Source: Octopus sinensis
Lineage: Eukaryota
Assembly (NCBI RefSeq): GCF_006345805.1
Contig: NC_042997.1
Span: forward strand, 174,592,001-174,656,000
Direction of reading: 5' to 3'
DNA: 64,000 nucleotides
The position numbers and the translations under genes are program-made. This document shows positions 40,843-56,541 of this stretch, piece by piece (the first letter of the stretch is position 1; the number at the start of each line of letters is the position of its first letter). The notes under the pieces were generated by a model. The model did not search any database. It worked only from the letters and a program-made list of their open reading frames with translations, and was not told where the DNA came from.

Positions 40843-41481
40843 CATATACACACACACACATATGTGAACAATTAAATCCTCTTGAATCACAAACGGTTTC
40901 GCCTTTCAAAGGACAAAGAATGGGGGATGAGTAATGGCGTAACAATATATAAGCAAAAATATTCAAAACAAGCATAGCTCACAGAACATTGAAACTTGAT
41001 TGCCTTCCCAAAAATCTTATATATTCTGCAACCAATCAAATATCGAAGTGTAGCGAAACAACCATAACTCGATAGCTATTGAATGTTGGTGCGGATGTTT
41101 TCTCACTGCTACGCCTCAGTAATTGGTTATATAATCGTGAAATGTGAAACTCACCGGTACATTTAAAAAAACTACAGATTTTCATAAAATATATGCACTT
41201 TACTCCATGTATTGACTACTTTTTGTTGGTAATTTAATATGTATCGGCTTAAAGTGAACTCCACTACAAACACACTCACGCATACACACATACATATATA
41301 TATATATTATATATATATTATATAATATATATATATCAATCAAAAATTACATTTGTGCTTACATTTATCAAGTATTCACCCTGAATTTATATTATATATA
41401 TATAATTATATTATGTATATTATATATATATACGTATGTGTGTGCATGCAACTATATATATATATATATATTATACATATA

Positions 41482-41515
<34 letters not shown>

Positions 41516-41727
41516 GTGCGTGTAACCAATCCATACTACACCACACATACACACACATGTATATATGTATCCAAACATACACACATACATAATACACACA
41601 AACACATTAATACACACAGATGGTGGATTTGAACACATTTCTCTCGTTCTCCCTCGTTCGTCATTCCTTCTCTCTCTCCCATTCTCTCTCCCACACTCTC
41701 TCCTTCTGTCTCTTCCTCTCTCTTTCT

Positions 41728-41765
<38 letters not shown>

Positions 41766-41988
41766 TCTCTCTGTCTTTCTTTGTGCCTGTGTGTAGTTAT
41801 TAGTGTTGGACGAATATCCTTCACCAATTTGTCAAGATTTTTATCAATCATTGATCTACAATCAGTACAAAGGTGCTTGACAATTTGGTAGACTCATCTG
41901 TCATACACCCAGTATATAGCATAAAAAAGATGATCTTGGATAAACACTTTGCTACAAGATACAAATCCAATCTGAATACACTTATATG

Positions 41989-42070
<82 letters not shown>

Positions 42071-42493
42071 GGGGGATGTAATGGTATATGGAAGATATTA
42101 GCCAAATGAAACTTCTGGAATGACCAATGGTGAGATGAAGAGATTACATAAGAATGAGATGAGCAGGGCGATTTAGGCGAATAAATGGTGTCAGTATTAG
42201 TTGATCTCTACACTGGTTCCATGGGTCACTCTAGATTGTGGTGATTGCTATCTCGCAGCCGAAAGCATCATTGTACAGTTTGTAAATGAATATAATTTTG
42301 AGCAGCACTAACATGGTGTTTGTATATATGTATATATATATGTATACACACACACACACACATTAATATATATAATATACATATATATATATATATATAT
42401 ACATATATATACAGTATATATATATATATATATGATATACATATATATATATATATGTATATATATGTATATACATATATATATATGTGTGTA

Positions 42494-42538
<45 letters not shown>

Positions 42539-43270
42539 TATATAATCATGCTGTGTGTGGATATACATATATAACATGGTGTGTATATATATATATATAT
42601 GAATGTATGTATGTGTGTATATGTATGAGTTACATTGTATATGTTTTTGTGTGTGCGTTTATGTGCATGTGTGTACTTCTGTGTGCCATCTTGATGTCTT
42701 GCTTACGGAGTCTAAAGGCTATTCAGAGTAGGAGGAAAATATCGAGTTGAAAAATTGGTCTGGAAACAGAGGTTACCGTAGTTGAACTCAATGAAAATAG
42801 ATTACAGTGCACCGACATTCACTCTGGTTAATAAGTAAATATTGTTATATCTTGGTTTCTCTGCTCTTGCAATATCGCGTTTTACAATATAAGCAGATAA
42901 ACGTATAATACAACATTAACAATAGAAATGCATCGACGTTGTTCCCAACGACCGTATGCGTGCATATTTTTGCTTCGTAATGTGGTTTTGTTTTATTCAT
43001 AATTTCACACTGATAACAAAGAGGTGTATAACCTTGCAAAGATTTTCCTTGTTTGGAAGAGAGCGAGACGGACGAGAGAAAGGGGAACGACGGGAGGGAC
43101 AAAGCAATAGTAATAGAGGTTGAGATGATTAATATTCATTATAAATATTCAAAAGCATGGACTGCAGGGAAAGCAGTAAGAGGTGAGAGAATTCTAGGAG
43201 GAAGCCAAATTGTTCTGGCCACAGTTTGTAATTACACCCCCCCCTCCCGCCCACGAAAGTACTGAAGTTA

Positions 43271-44412
<1,142 letters not shown>

Positions 44413-45270
44413 GTTTGCTCAGATATAAATATGGATATATGTAAATACTCGCATCCTGCAATACATTGGATCTGGGGATTATAGACAGCAGAGCAATATG
44501 TGTAATGAATGTAACACCATGTGCGACCTTGATGTCTCGTTGTGTATTTAGTCAGTCATTTGTGAATGTATGCATAACTTGAATATATATCCATGTTCAC
44601 TTTAGTGAGTATATTGTACACAATAGCGCTACCACCGACCTGACCTTGGTGCTTTCACTGTTGGGGTCGCTGCTATAATCGGTTTTCTAACGGCTTTTCT
44701 TTTTTGTACCATTCGAAACTTCTTATTCTTTAAACAAGTTAATTATTGATTTGCGGCCCGATAGCAAATGATCTACGGACTGGTAGTGGTCCGCGGCCCG
44801 GGACCTCTGTTTTAGACTGTGTTGTATATTAAAGGGAATTTGTCAGTTAATTCAGGAGATCAAGAGACTTCATAGAGGCTTCTGCTCCAGTAATTACTGT
44901 ACATAATTTTAGTACTGTCAATGGGGTTATTACTGTTTTTTCATTATCTTTGTATTGTACTAAATATTATTATTGTGGTTGTTGACATTTTCTGGAGGCG
45001 CGTTGCTTAGTAGTTACGTAATAGTATTATTACGATTCCTGAACCAGGTGAAATGTTGTTGTTCTTTGAACAAAGCACGTCATTTTGCGTTGCTCCAGTC
45101 CAGTCATTTGAAAAAAAAATGAGTAATCCAGCGACAGACCGTCGTCGAGGGAAACCGATCTCATGAGCTTATGGTTCGGGAAGGACCATTGATCCTTTTC
45201 TAAGCCAGTTGATCCTTCGACCCTTTTTTTAAGGCCGTATAGTGTCAGGTAAAATAACTTGCATTATTTT

Positions 45271-45920
45271 TAAGGCGGTGAACTGTCAGAATCATTAGCA
45301 GACCAGGCAAAATGCTTATCGGCATTTTGTCCGTCATTACGTTCTGAGTGATTGGCTTTGTGTTTCACCCTTTCGGGGTCGATAAAATAAGTTCCTTATT
45401 TTTTTATTGCCCACAAGGGGCTAAACATAGAGGGAACAAACAAAGACAGACAAAGGTATTATTTTGATTACATCGACCCCAGTACGTAACTGGTACTTAA
45501 TTTATCGACTCCGAAAGGATGAAAGGCAAAGTCGACCTCGGCGGAATTTGAACTCAGAACGTAACGGTAGACGAAATACCTATTTCTTTACTACCCATAA
45601 GAGACTAAACACAGAGAGAACAAACAAAGACGGACAAACGGATTAAGTCGATTATATCGACTCCAGAGAGTAACTGGTACTTAATTTATCGACCCCGAAA
45701 GGATGAAAGGCAAAGTCGAGCTCGACGGAATTTGAACTCAGAACGTAGCGGCAGACAAAATACGGCTACGCATTTCGCCCGGCGTGTTAACGATTCACCT
45801 TTGCTAGTCACCTTTGAGCTCGTTGATAAAATAAGTTCCAGTCAAGCACTAGAGACCATGTAACCGACTAACGCCTTCCCCACCCAAATTTCAGGTCTTG
45901 TGCCTATAATAGAAAGGACT
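45271..45920. mobile_element. Nested SINE A cluster: minus-strand dimer (45396-45795) inside a plus-strand SINE A
   Basis: gataaaataagttcc is duplicated at 45381-45395 and 45825-45839 around the insert. Confidence 0.85.
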
Positions 45921-46809
45921 ATTGTTGTTACATTGGCTATAGACACTCTTGCCCTAATTGTTGTTCCCCTTGTTGCTATTGCAGTTGTTATGATTCTCAT
46001 ATTGCTGTAGTCATTTTTTCATTACTGTTCTTATTATTACCAGCATTGTGGTCGTTAGTGTTGCTGCTATAATATTTGTTATTACAGTAGTCATTACAGA
46101 TGTTATTGTTGTTGTCATTATCACTGTTATTATTGTTGCTTTTGTCGCTTTTATTGCTTCTGTTATGATTGCTGTTTTTCTTGCCATTTCTACTAAAATT
46201 TTTAAACAATTTCTTTTGATGATTTTTTCTTTCATGTCGTCTTTGTTAATTTCTTAGATATCCGTACAATATTTATTTATATTTTTTATATTTTCATGTT
46301 ACTTTTGTTTTTCTTATCATTGATAAGGATGTTTTTGCTATTGTCTTTTTTCAATTCTTAATAATGCTTACTGTTGCTTTCTTTTGTATGTCTGATAAAA
46401 TAACTACACATTCATGTTCGCATTCTTATAGTTAATATAGACATTGCAACAAATATTTGTTTCATTTGAGTTTATTCCTGTGTGTTTATAGAGGAGTGTT
46501 GCATAGTAGTGTGTATTTCATTATATTCAGAGTTATCTGTCCATCGTTCTTCTTTTCTTTTCTTTACTTTTTGACTGAACACCACCCATAGACATGTGTT
46601 GATGTTTCTTTCGTATTTATAATTATTGTTCTTGTATAAGCGAGAGACTAATAAGAAACAGCAATGTGCATATATAGACAGAATTTGTATAGATATGGTT
46701 GCGTATGTGATTAAAATTTTACTCAGAGACTTGCAGTTTTCGTATAGAGGTACTGCAATCCATGTGTTTACATTTTCACGCATGTTTTGCTGTGACAACG
46801 CATCTGAGG

Positions 46810-46843
<34 letters not shown>

Positions 46844-47243
46844 CATATAAGAAAAATCTTTCGGTTTCCTAAGATGGCTTACATAAAACATATTTTTCTT
46901 TCGTTTTTTACTTTTCTTTCGTTTGCCTCGCAATGGTTTCAGATTTGATCTATATTCTCGGCAGGTTGATGCCACACGTCCATGTTGTTTACTATTCGCT
47001 GCGGTATTTTTCATTATTGTTATTATTATCATTTTCATTATCATCTTCTTTCAATTATGTTTCCATTTCCTGCCGAGTGTCTTCCTGACACATAGAGCAG
47101 AGAAACGTACTGTATTCATTGGTAGGCCATTAAAATAAGCACATCAAATTGTGCATTTACAACATCATATGATAGAGAAGAAGGAGAGAAAGAGAGACAG
47201 AAAAGATAAAAAATAAAAAAATGAAAAAGTAAATAAAGAAAAC

Positions 47244-47437
47244 AATTGCAGCGTGGAAGGTGAACAGGTCGCGGTCTCAAAGTGACGAAAATATTTTGAC
47301 AAATTAAATTTAAATGTTGAAGTGAATCTAACGTATTTTGTGTTTCTTAAATGGCTTATAAACACCTTCCACGCTGCAATTACTTTCGTTCCAGCACACG
47401 ATCTCAGATCAGGTCACTTGCTATGCAAGTACATCTC
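47244..47437 (+). mobile_element. PLE-type terminal repeat with a 19-bp inverted duplication and a G3:C8 hammerhead-like motif
   Basis: aattgcagcgtggaaggtg (47244-47262) and caccttccacgctgcaatt (47363-47381); GTGAACA-g-gtcgc...gtgac-GAAA-ATATTTT-gaca at 47260-47301. Confidence 0.5.
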
Positions 47438-47479
47438 AATACATAAAGAAATGAAATGGGAAAAGGGAAAGAAAATTCC

Positions 47480-48030
47480 CAGCGACAATGCTCTTCTCAA
47501 TACGTGTGACGTACCAGTTAAGACAATCTTTTGCACTTGCTGCATGGATGGCAAGCCAGGGATCATTCTCAAATAATCTTCAGTTCCATTTTTGATCATT
47601 CCAGGTGCTCTTACAATCACTAGTGTTGTAACCGTCTTGAGATGCCACATCTTTTCGATTTCGATGAGCAAATCTTTATATTTTCTCAGCTTATCAAATT
47701 CTTTTGCCGAGATATTATGGTCACAGGTTATGCTCATATCAATCTTTAAACAGGCTTTATTGTTTTGACCTTCCACAACAATATCTGGTTTATTTGCTTT
47801 GATGCTCCGGTCTGTACATATTGGGAAGTCTCAAAGAATAGTGACATTTTCTCCTTCAGATACAACTCCAGGGTGGTGCTTGTATCATTTGTATCAGTGT
47901 AGATATTGGCCAACACAGTCATGTTTTGATTTGTACTCTACAGGTGCTAAAACTTTACAACCAGAGATTAGGTTGTCAACTGTTTCTATCCCATCGTTGC
48001 AGTATCGGCAATTTGGGTCTAAACCATTTT
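47480..48030 (-). pseudogene. R4/Dong-clade non-LTR retrotransposon C-terminus (CCHC knuckle and restriction-like endonuclease)
   Basis: DPNCRYCNDGIETVDNLISGC...TIL*DFPICTDRSIKANKPDIVV...IDMS..CDHNISAKEFDKLRKYKDL..EIEKMW...VIV.A.G...QKIVLTGTSHVLRRALS; stops and a deletion are present. Confidence 0.88.
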
Positions 48031-48054
48031 ATTATTATTATTGGGTCTACACCA

Positions 48055-48110
<56 letters not shown>

Positions 48111-48111
<1 letters not shown>

Positions 48112-48663
48112 GAGTGAAAGAGCAGTGCATGCCAACAAAGTGACACTGGGGTAAAATATACGAAGCCCAATATACCCATCATGACTACCCGTCTGATAAG
48201 GGTACACCAGGCACATGCATCACAACCATATGTGCGCGACATGGTGATGTCATATCAAGGTAAACAGCACATGACCTTGCAGGTGGGGCCCAGTTAGAAT
48301 TTTCTTCAGGTTGAGTAGCCCATCCCGCTCAAAAGGTCCCTGAATAAGGGTTGTTTAAGGATGTTGAAAGAACCACCCATGTTTCCAGAGGGGAATTATT
48401 CAAACCCCAAAGAATCCCTCTCAACACATGGCTATGATGCTCCCCCACTACTTCTGCTCGTGATCAGAGATGCACATATCGTCAGCCACTAAGGGACATG
48501 CTCAACTGGTTAAGGTCAAACAACTGACAAGCAAATCTGTGGTATTGAGCAGAATATTTGCTGTAGCCCATCTTTTATACCAAGACAAAACAATGTACAT
48601 GATAACATTTTCAATCAGTTAAGATCAGAAGCCATGAGAGCCACTGCCTGGTACTGCATCAGG
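48111..48663 (-). mobile_element. ~560-bp non-coding element in a (TAA)n array, copy 3
   Basis: Clean reverse complement of 3808-4377; (TTA)n on both sides. Confidence 0.9.
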
Positions 48664-48760
48664 ATTATTATTATTATTATTGTTGTTGTTGTTGTTGTAA
48701 GGCTCGCCGCCTTACAACAACACTAATAATATTAATAATAATAATAATAATGTGTTGTTG

Positions 48761-48975
48761 TAAGGCGACGAGCTGGCAGAATCGTTAGCGCGGCGGGCGG
48801 AATTGTTAGCCGCATTTCGCCCGCCCTTACCATCTGATTTCAAATTCCATCGAGGCCGACTTTGCCTTTGATACTTCAAGGGTCGATAGAAATAAGTACC
48901 AGTTGAGTACTGTGGTTGATGTAATTGACTGACCTTGTCCTCCAAACATCAGGCCTTGTGCTATAGTAGAAAGTA
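48761..48975 (+). mobile_element. SINE family A
   Basis: aaggcgacgagctggcagaatcgttagc...tcaaattccatcgaggccgactttgccttt. Confidence 0.8.
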
Positions 48976-49394
48976 TGATTAGTGTTGTTGTTTAAGGCAC
49001 TAAATGAACAGATTCGTTAGAGCGTCAGAATAAACTGCTTTATAGAATTGTTTCAACACTTTACTTCCTTAATTCAGTTCCCGTTGAGATCAACTTCGTT
49101 TTTCGTCCATCCAGGATCGTTAAATAATATAGCAGTAGAATACTTGGATCGATACTATCTGCTACTCTATTTTCCTCAAGATTACTGGCTGTACTTATAT
49201 TTAAGGCCAGAATTGTTAGCACACCGAGGAAAAAAATGCTTAACAACATTTCGTCTCACCAGGGTCGGCTTTGCATTTCATCCCTTCAGGGTTGATAAAA
49301 TAAAGTACCAGCTGAACATTGGGGTCGATTTGAACTAAGTAACCACTTCCTCAAAATTGTTGGTCTTTTGCCAGAACTTGAAACAGTTATTGTT

Positions 49395-49430
<36 letters not shown>

Positions 49431-49436
49431 TGGTGT

Positions 49437-49938
49437 CTTCTTTCTTCTTCTTCCAATCAGGACTCACGCCATTAGCCACAAAGAATAATCTCTAATTCGA
49501 GCCTACTCTAAGCTACTAAGAATGCGTGTGGCAACTTGAAAATCCACCTACCATACGCGATAGACTGGCGGTTGCACGGGCGCGAAAGCTACGTTGTTAT
49601 CCTCATTCCGTAAACAGTGGCTTTTAACAGGTGGAGAGCTGAAGCATCCTGGGGTACAGAGGATTCGCAATCTAGACTAGGGTGTGAAAGTTTACCACAC
49701 CATAGTGGGTTACACCATGGTTCCTCTGCTTTGTGGCAGAAGTAGGAAGAAAGAGTGAGAGAAAGTTGTGGTGAAAGAGTACAGCTAGGTTCACCAGTAC
49801 ACCCCTCCTCCGCCGGAGCCTCGTGGAGCTTAGGTGTTTTTGTTCAATAAACATTCATAATGCCCGGTCAGGGAATCGAAACCGCGTTCTTACGACCGCA
49901 AGTCCACTGCCCTAACCACTGGACCATTGCGCCTCCAC
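49437..49938 (-). mobile_element. SINE family C with body type 3 and (GAA)n tail
   Basis: Reverse complement of 30854-31365. Confidence 0.85.
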
Positions 49939-51847
49939 AGGCGCAATGGCATGGTGGTTGTTGTTGTTGTTGTTGTTAGAGATTCGGACAAAATGTTGTT
50001 AATTATCAGTCCCGAATTCTTACATGCTGAATTCATACCCAACCGAGACCAACGTTGGACTTTGATCATTTCTAGGTCTGTTAAACAACACCAGCTAAAC
50101 ACAGAGAACGGCGGTTTCATCTCACCTATCTTCAAATTTCAAGGATTGCGCAGATTAGATTTTATTATATATACTTTATATCATAAAAAAATATCACTGA
50201 CCAGCAAACAAATTGTTCTCTGAAACTATAAACAACGGTCTGGATACTTCTGGTTAACGGGGTCCCAGAATCCCTTGCACCATAGTCTTCGTAAAACGGA
50301 AAAAACTGCTCTCTTGTGACTTACACAAGAGCGATTAGCATATTTGTGTTCGAATCTGCCAGAACGTATTAAGATTAAAAATGGAAGTCATCGGTTTATT
50401 TTGGCTGTAGTGTTCGTATTCAATTGTACGATTTTACACTTGTTTTGTTGTTGCTGTTGACATTGTTGTTCAATTCGTTGGTTGTGTCATGAATAAAATA
50501 GCTATAATGACAAGCTAATTTTTAAAAACACCACACATAACCAAAGTTGTAATTTTTTTTTAAAAAATACAAATTAATGAATTAATAAATAGACTGGTAA
50601 CTTCCTAAAAATAAATTTAAACTGTCAGAAAATAAATCGAATTAATAAGTAAGAATGTACATGAAAGAGTCATTTCGTCAAATTTACTGTTATCTATTTT
50701 TATTTATCTCACTCCACTCGTTCCATCTCATCCCCAATTTATTCCTTTCAATCAATCAACGGTGTTTATATATTTCTATTCCACAACAACAAAAAAAGAT
50801 CATTAAACAATAAATAAATAAATGTCGAAAATAATTTTTAAAAATATGATTATCTGCAAATTAAATACATTAATAAATAAGCGAGTAAATGAAAAAAATG
50901 ATTGCATTTCATCTCACTCCACCACTTTCTCTCTCTCGCTCGCTCTCTCTCTCTCTCTCCCTCTCTCTCTCCCTCTCTCTCATATTCACAAACACACACA
51001 CATACACTCACACATTTTCTGTCTGTTTATTTCGATTCATCGCCAATATTTTCTATCAAAATCTCATATTTCCGTGAATATAATATATTCTATTATGTAT
51101 ATTTCCTATACAAAATATTTTTAAAAATTAACAAAATAAAAACAAGAATAAAATTTAAATACATTGGAAATGAATAAACGAATTAAAAAAAAACACTAAT
51201 TCTGAAAAAGAAGACAGAATTAATCCATGAATTTATCTATCGTTCTCTCGTCTCTTTCTTCAACACCCTTCTTAACACGGTGTCGTCTGCTTTCTTTGAA
51301 AAAAAAAATTTACATTTGAAACATCGTATTGTCTGTCGTCCATATCTCACAACTTCAATATTCACCTGAAGTATTTTTCGTTCTAATCTAGTTTATAGGG
51401 AAAACATTACAGATAAAATTAATTTTCCATTCGTTTTTCATTTTGTATTTTTGTCATTTTTCATCAGTTTATCTGTTGCTATCATCATTCTTGTTGATGT
51501 TGATATTATTCTTAAAATTTCTTAGTCTTTACGATTTTTATTTGTACGTCAATGCCATTTTGTATCTATAACTTACCTCATTTCATTCATTTGACATCTA
51601 ATACTCTGTGTGTGAGAGAGAGAAAGAGAGAGAGAGAAAAGAGAGAAAGAGAGAGAGAAAAGAGAGAAAGAGAGAGAGAAAAGAGAGAAAGAGAGAGAGA
51701 AAAGAGAGAAAGAGAGAGAGTGTTTGTGTGTGCTTGTGTTATATGTGCATTCATAAAAAGTAGCACACATTACCAATTTACATAAACACACACATATTCA
51801 TATATATATATATACACACACACATGAGCACACACACATATATACAT

Positions 51848-51900
<53 letters not shown>

Positions 51901-52336
51901 AACTCACACACACGAGTACACATATATATATATACATTTATATATATATGCACATACATATATATGCATGTATATATATATATATATATGATACACACAT
52001 ACACACATACATATATATATGTGTGTGTGTATGTGTGTGTGTGTATGTGTGTGTATGTGTGTGTTTGTGTGTGTGTCCCAGTGCGTGTGCTCACATGCAC
52101 ACACATAAGCATAACACACGCAATAACTCACACATAATCACTTTGTTTATCATTTATTTGGCATTTATAGTCTGGAAGTTTGACTGACATCCATTTTTTC
52201 ACAGATGAACACACACAGACACAAGGATAATGCAGTCACGCATTCCACGGAGATACACACACACACCCAAACACGCACGCATACATACATGCATACATAC
52301 ATACAAACATACGTTTGTAATGTCAGTATGTATATA

Positions 52337-52390
<54 letters not shown>

Positions 52391-52391
<1 letters not shown>

Positions 52392-52620
52392 TTTATTTAA
52401 AGCAGCAGAAAATTCAACAAAATCTGTTACTCTGAGTTTCTCGTAGCCGTTCATCAGACAGTTTTGTTAGAAAGTACAAAAACTGTCTGATGAACGGCAA
52501 CGAGAAACTCAGAGTAACAGATTTTGTTGAATTTTCTGCTGCTTTAAATAAAGCATATTACTCTACCACTGGTATTGAGTACTCTTTTTTCCACCTTATT
52601 TCACATTTATTTGTTTACTC

Positions 52621-52622
<2 letters not shown>
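52391..52622. mobile_element. PLE-type terminal repeat in fold-back arrangement (palindrome 52391-52553)
   Basis: Near-perfect ~75-bp arms; same family as 20707-20932 in opposite orientation; inside (TA)n. Confidence 0.8.
52483..52520 (+). ncRNA. Minimal type I hammerhead ribozyme motif (mirror copy on the minus strand at 52424-52461)
   Basis: ctgt-CTGATGA-acggcaacga-GAAAC-tcaga-GTA-acag; canonical core, stem I ctgt/acag, GUA triplet. Confidence 0.8.
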
Positions 52623-52712
<90 letters not shown>

Positions 52713-54831
52713 CATATATATATACATACATATATACACAAACATGCATATCTATATGTAAATATATATGTATATATATATACATATACGTATATGACAT
52801 ATATGCGCATCTCTTGGGTGTGTGCGTATGCATCGCACACACACATACACACATACACATACGTTTATATACAGGCGTGGCTGTGTGGTAAGAAATTTGC
52901 TTCCCAACACATGGTTTCGGGTTCATTCTCACTGCATGGCTCCTTGATAGACGCACACTGAAAGAAGACCTTCTTGCGTATGTGTGTCTGCGCGCGCGCC
53001 TGCGTCTGTTTTGCAACTGTGATGGGGGCAAACTCAGTCACACCGATATACCGGAGTAGTAGAATTACCACAAAAGGGTTCTGTCTATGAAATACCATTT
53101 GATTCTGTTTCAACAATGTCCTTAAAATTTTAAAGATAACGGTGTGTATTTTAAGAGAGATTTAGCTATTTCTTCTAGTTGACACATGCGCAATCGCTTT
53201 CCTGTTTAGCCCCAAGTTCACTTAAATTGAGAAGACTTAAGGTTAAAATCGTTCTAGCCATAGTTATCATTATGTCATAGTTTACCTCAGACTACAATAT
53301 CCAAAATACTATTCCTGTTTTGAATCACAAGCCTTTTCTTGCAGGTTGAGTGACCACAGAAAGCTTTTCCCTCAAATTATCTTGCAAATAACCTCCTTAG
53401 GACAATAGAAATTATAAGCTATCGGTAACTAACCCGGTTTACAAATAACCAAGCAGAAAATACAGGCAATAATATTTTAAAATATACGCCAACCATTAAA
53501 AATTATAGTCATTTCTCTCTCCTATTTCGAAAAGAGTATTTTAAAATTTGCTCAACCATTATCCCTTCCAATAACATCCGAAAATGTCATTATAAACCTT
53601 TCTTTAATTATAGAAGCTTACCCTAAGCTTGTTTTTAAAGTTCAGGTTCGATATTAAGTACCAGGTGAACACTGGGGTCTATGTAATCCGACGAAACGCA
53701 GGCTTTGTTGGTTTCGAATCGCTTCCACTCTACAACACTCTAACCAAATAAATGTATTTTACCGAAGTTTCAAATCAGACAAGGTTTTGTAAATGAAATC
53801 TGATAGACAGAAACTATGTAACAACATGTCGGAAGAACCGTTTCAGTTTTTGGTGACCTAATTAATCAGTCTCCCGTTTTGGCACACAGCAACCTGACTT
53901 TTGTGTGCTGGTAACGGTGTCTCTTTAAAGCATTCGAAAAACCTGGTTTCAGTTCTGAGGATAACTTACTCTCTTCTCTCTTCCTTCCGTCAATAAAGCA
54001 TAATGAACGGCACTGTATCTTCTCTTAATCAGCCGTTGAAACAAAATCACACATACAAACAGGAGAAGAAACGAAAAAAAGATAAATAGTACAGCTCATG
54101 TAAACGATTAGCAAATCGTTAATATACGTATTTCCTTTCATATGAAAAAGAAATGTATTTTCCTTCTGTATAAGCAACTAATATATTAGTCGATTAGTAT
54201 TTCAATCGAATTTGACAAGGTAACGGTCTATCCCAGACTTTTGCTATTATATGGCAACACAGTAATGATTGCGTATCAATTTTAACTATACATTATCTTT
54301 TATCGTCAGTTCGCTTTGGGAATATTTTCTCGTTCCCAGTCTTCCTTATAAGAAGCGTTTCGTAATTTCCTTTTAATTCCGACACGGTGCAAAAGCCAAG
54401 GAAATCAACAGACCGTTGTTTTATAGGAAAACGGTGTCAAATGTGAGATTTACTAGAAAGATATACAAATTGTGCAGCTGTCATTTTATATTGTCTCTTC
54501 TGATAATTATTCATTGATCTGAGAAATCAAAGAACGCCAGAGAGTATTGAGATACGCGGCTTTCGTGGATCGAAAAATGCCATTGAAAATTTTCTTTGCA
54601 TTTCTGCTAGGACCGTTTTGATAAAAGCTAGTCTTATTGTCTTATTAAGTTCACTTCTAATTACACGAACATACAATCGCACGTGTGCACACACACGCAC
54701 ACATACGCTCACGCATGCACATATATCTATCAGGATAATTGTCCCTCATTGGTGACTTACCACTATTGTTTATTACTACCACTCTAATACTACTATAACC
54801 ACTACCACCCTGTCACCCTCACCGCCATCAT

Positions 54832-54863
<32 letters not shown>

Positions 54864-55309
54864 TTGCACCAGCAGCATCAACAAACGTACAACGAAAAAT
54901 TTGCTAGTAGGCTTTCATTTTTCCTCTAGATGTTCATAAAATATATTGTGACACTGTCGACTAAAAACATGACTTGATATTTAATGTATATAAGGCAGCG
55001 AATAGGCCGAATTATTAGTACGCCGGATTAAATGCTTAATTGCATTTCGTCCGTTTTTGAACGCTCTCAGTTCAAATTCCACCGTGCTCTACCTTACTTT
55101 TCATAAGTTCAGGTTCGATATACTTAGTGCCAAAATCCGAAACGAACATTTTATGTATATATATATATATATTAATCGAAGTGTACGGTATTATATATCT
55201 ATCACGGCCGATCTTACCAATCGGTTTCGCATTAGGGTTTCAACGGAGTGTTAGGTAAAAGTCTGATTATAAAACCCTGCGCTCTTCAGAGGTAGCCGTT
55301 ATGGAATAT

Positions 55310-55525
55310 GCCAATGAGCTGGCAAAATCGTTAGCACACCAGGCAAAATTCTTAGTGGTATTTCGTCCGTCTGCACGTTCTAAGTTCAAATTCCGCCGAG
55401 GTTGACTTTGCATTTCCCGTTTTCGGCGTCGATAAAATAAGTACCAGTTGATCGCTAGGGTCGATGTAATCAACTTCCTTTTCCCCCGAAATTGTTGCCT
55501 TCTTCCAAAATGTGAAACCAACAAT
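55310..55525 (+). mobile_element. SINE family A
   Basis: gagctggcaaaatcgttagcac...ttcaaattccgccgaggttgactttgc. Confidence 0.8.
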
Positions 55526-55763
55526 TAATGTATATCGTCCAAAGTGCAAATGTTAGCACCAACAACATTGGCATATCAGATTCGTTTCATTCGCTCAATA
55601 TCCTTACGGCACCGGAGACCGATTCTTTCGTCGCCTCAGCAAATCAGTTGAACCGATTCAAAGACTGAAGGAATTTTCATGAAGTTGTTCTTTCACATCC
55701 TCTACGCATTTTCATATTCTTTATTCCATTCTAATTTTCATCCAACGCCACCACCACACCTAA

Positions 55764-55802
55764 TACTACTACTGCTGCTTCTGCTGCTCCTACTACTACT
55801 AT

Positions 55803-55861
<59 letters not shown>

Positions 55862-55940
55862 TTACTACTACTACTACTACTACTACTATTACTACTACTA
55901 CTACTACTACTACCAATAATAATAATAATAATAATAATGA

Positions 55941-55996
<56 letters not shown>
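55764..55996. repeat. Compound (TAC)n-(TAA)n-(TTA)n microsatellite
   Basis: Direct observation. Confidence 0.95.
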
Positions 55997-55999
<3 letters not shown>

Positions 56000-56096
56000 T
56001 CGCTGCAGACGGAAATACTTTAATATTATATTCAAACGTATTCACACACACACATATATATGTATGTGTGCGTGTATGTTTTTGTGTGTATATATG

Positions 56097-56133
<37 letters not shown>

Positions 56134-56492
56134 GTGTGTGTGTGTGTGTGCTCATGTGTGTGTATGTATATACATAACGTGTTTGTAAACACGGGATATA
56201 TATATGCCAGCAAGTATATATCTATATGCGCGTGCGAGCACACACATGTATGTTTATACACACATCCCACATACGAACACACACAACTGCACACACACAC
56301 ACACACAGATTCATACACACGCACACATGTATATCTGATATACATATGCTTTGTATGTATCCATGTGTATGCATGTTCGAGTCTGACTGTACGTATCTTC
56401 ATCTGCCCCTGTTTGTAAATGCAAACGTGTGTGTGTGTGTGTGAGTGTGTATGTGAGTGTGTATGTGTGTGTGTGTGTGTATGTGTGTATAT

Positions 56493-56541
<49 letters not shown>

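Noticed and set aside
42070-42200. tggtgtcag primer-binding-site-like motif
   Set aside because: No LTR ending in CA before it and no gag-pol downstream.
46472-47044. 190-aa ORF with a basic NLS-like stretch
   Set aside because: Crosses (TA)n and T-rich low complexity; no domain or splice support.
51240-51370. Possible minus-strand exon after ttcag
   Set aside because: No polypyrimidine tract, contains a T homopolymer, and the peptide is unrecognisable.
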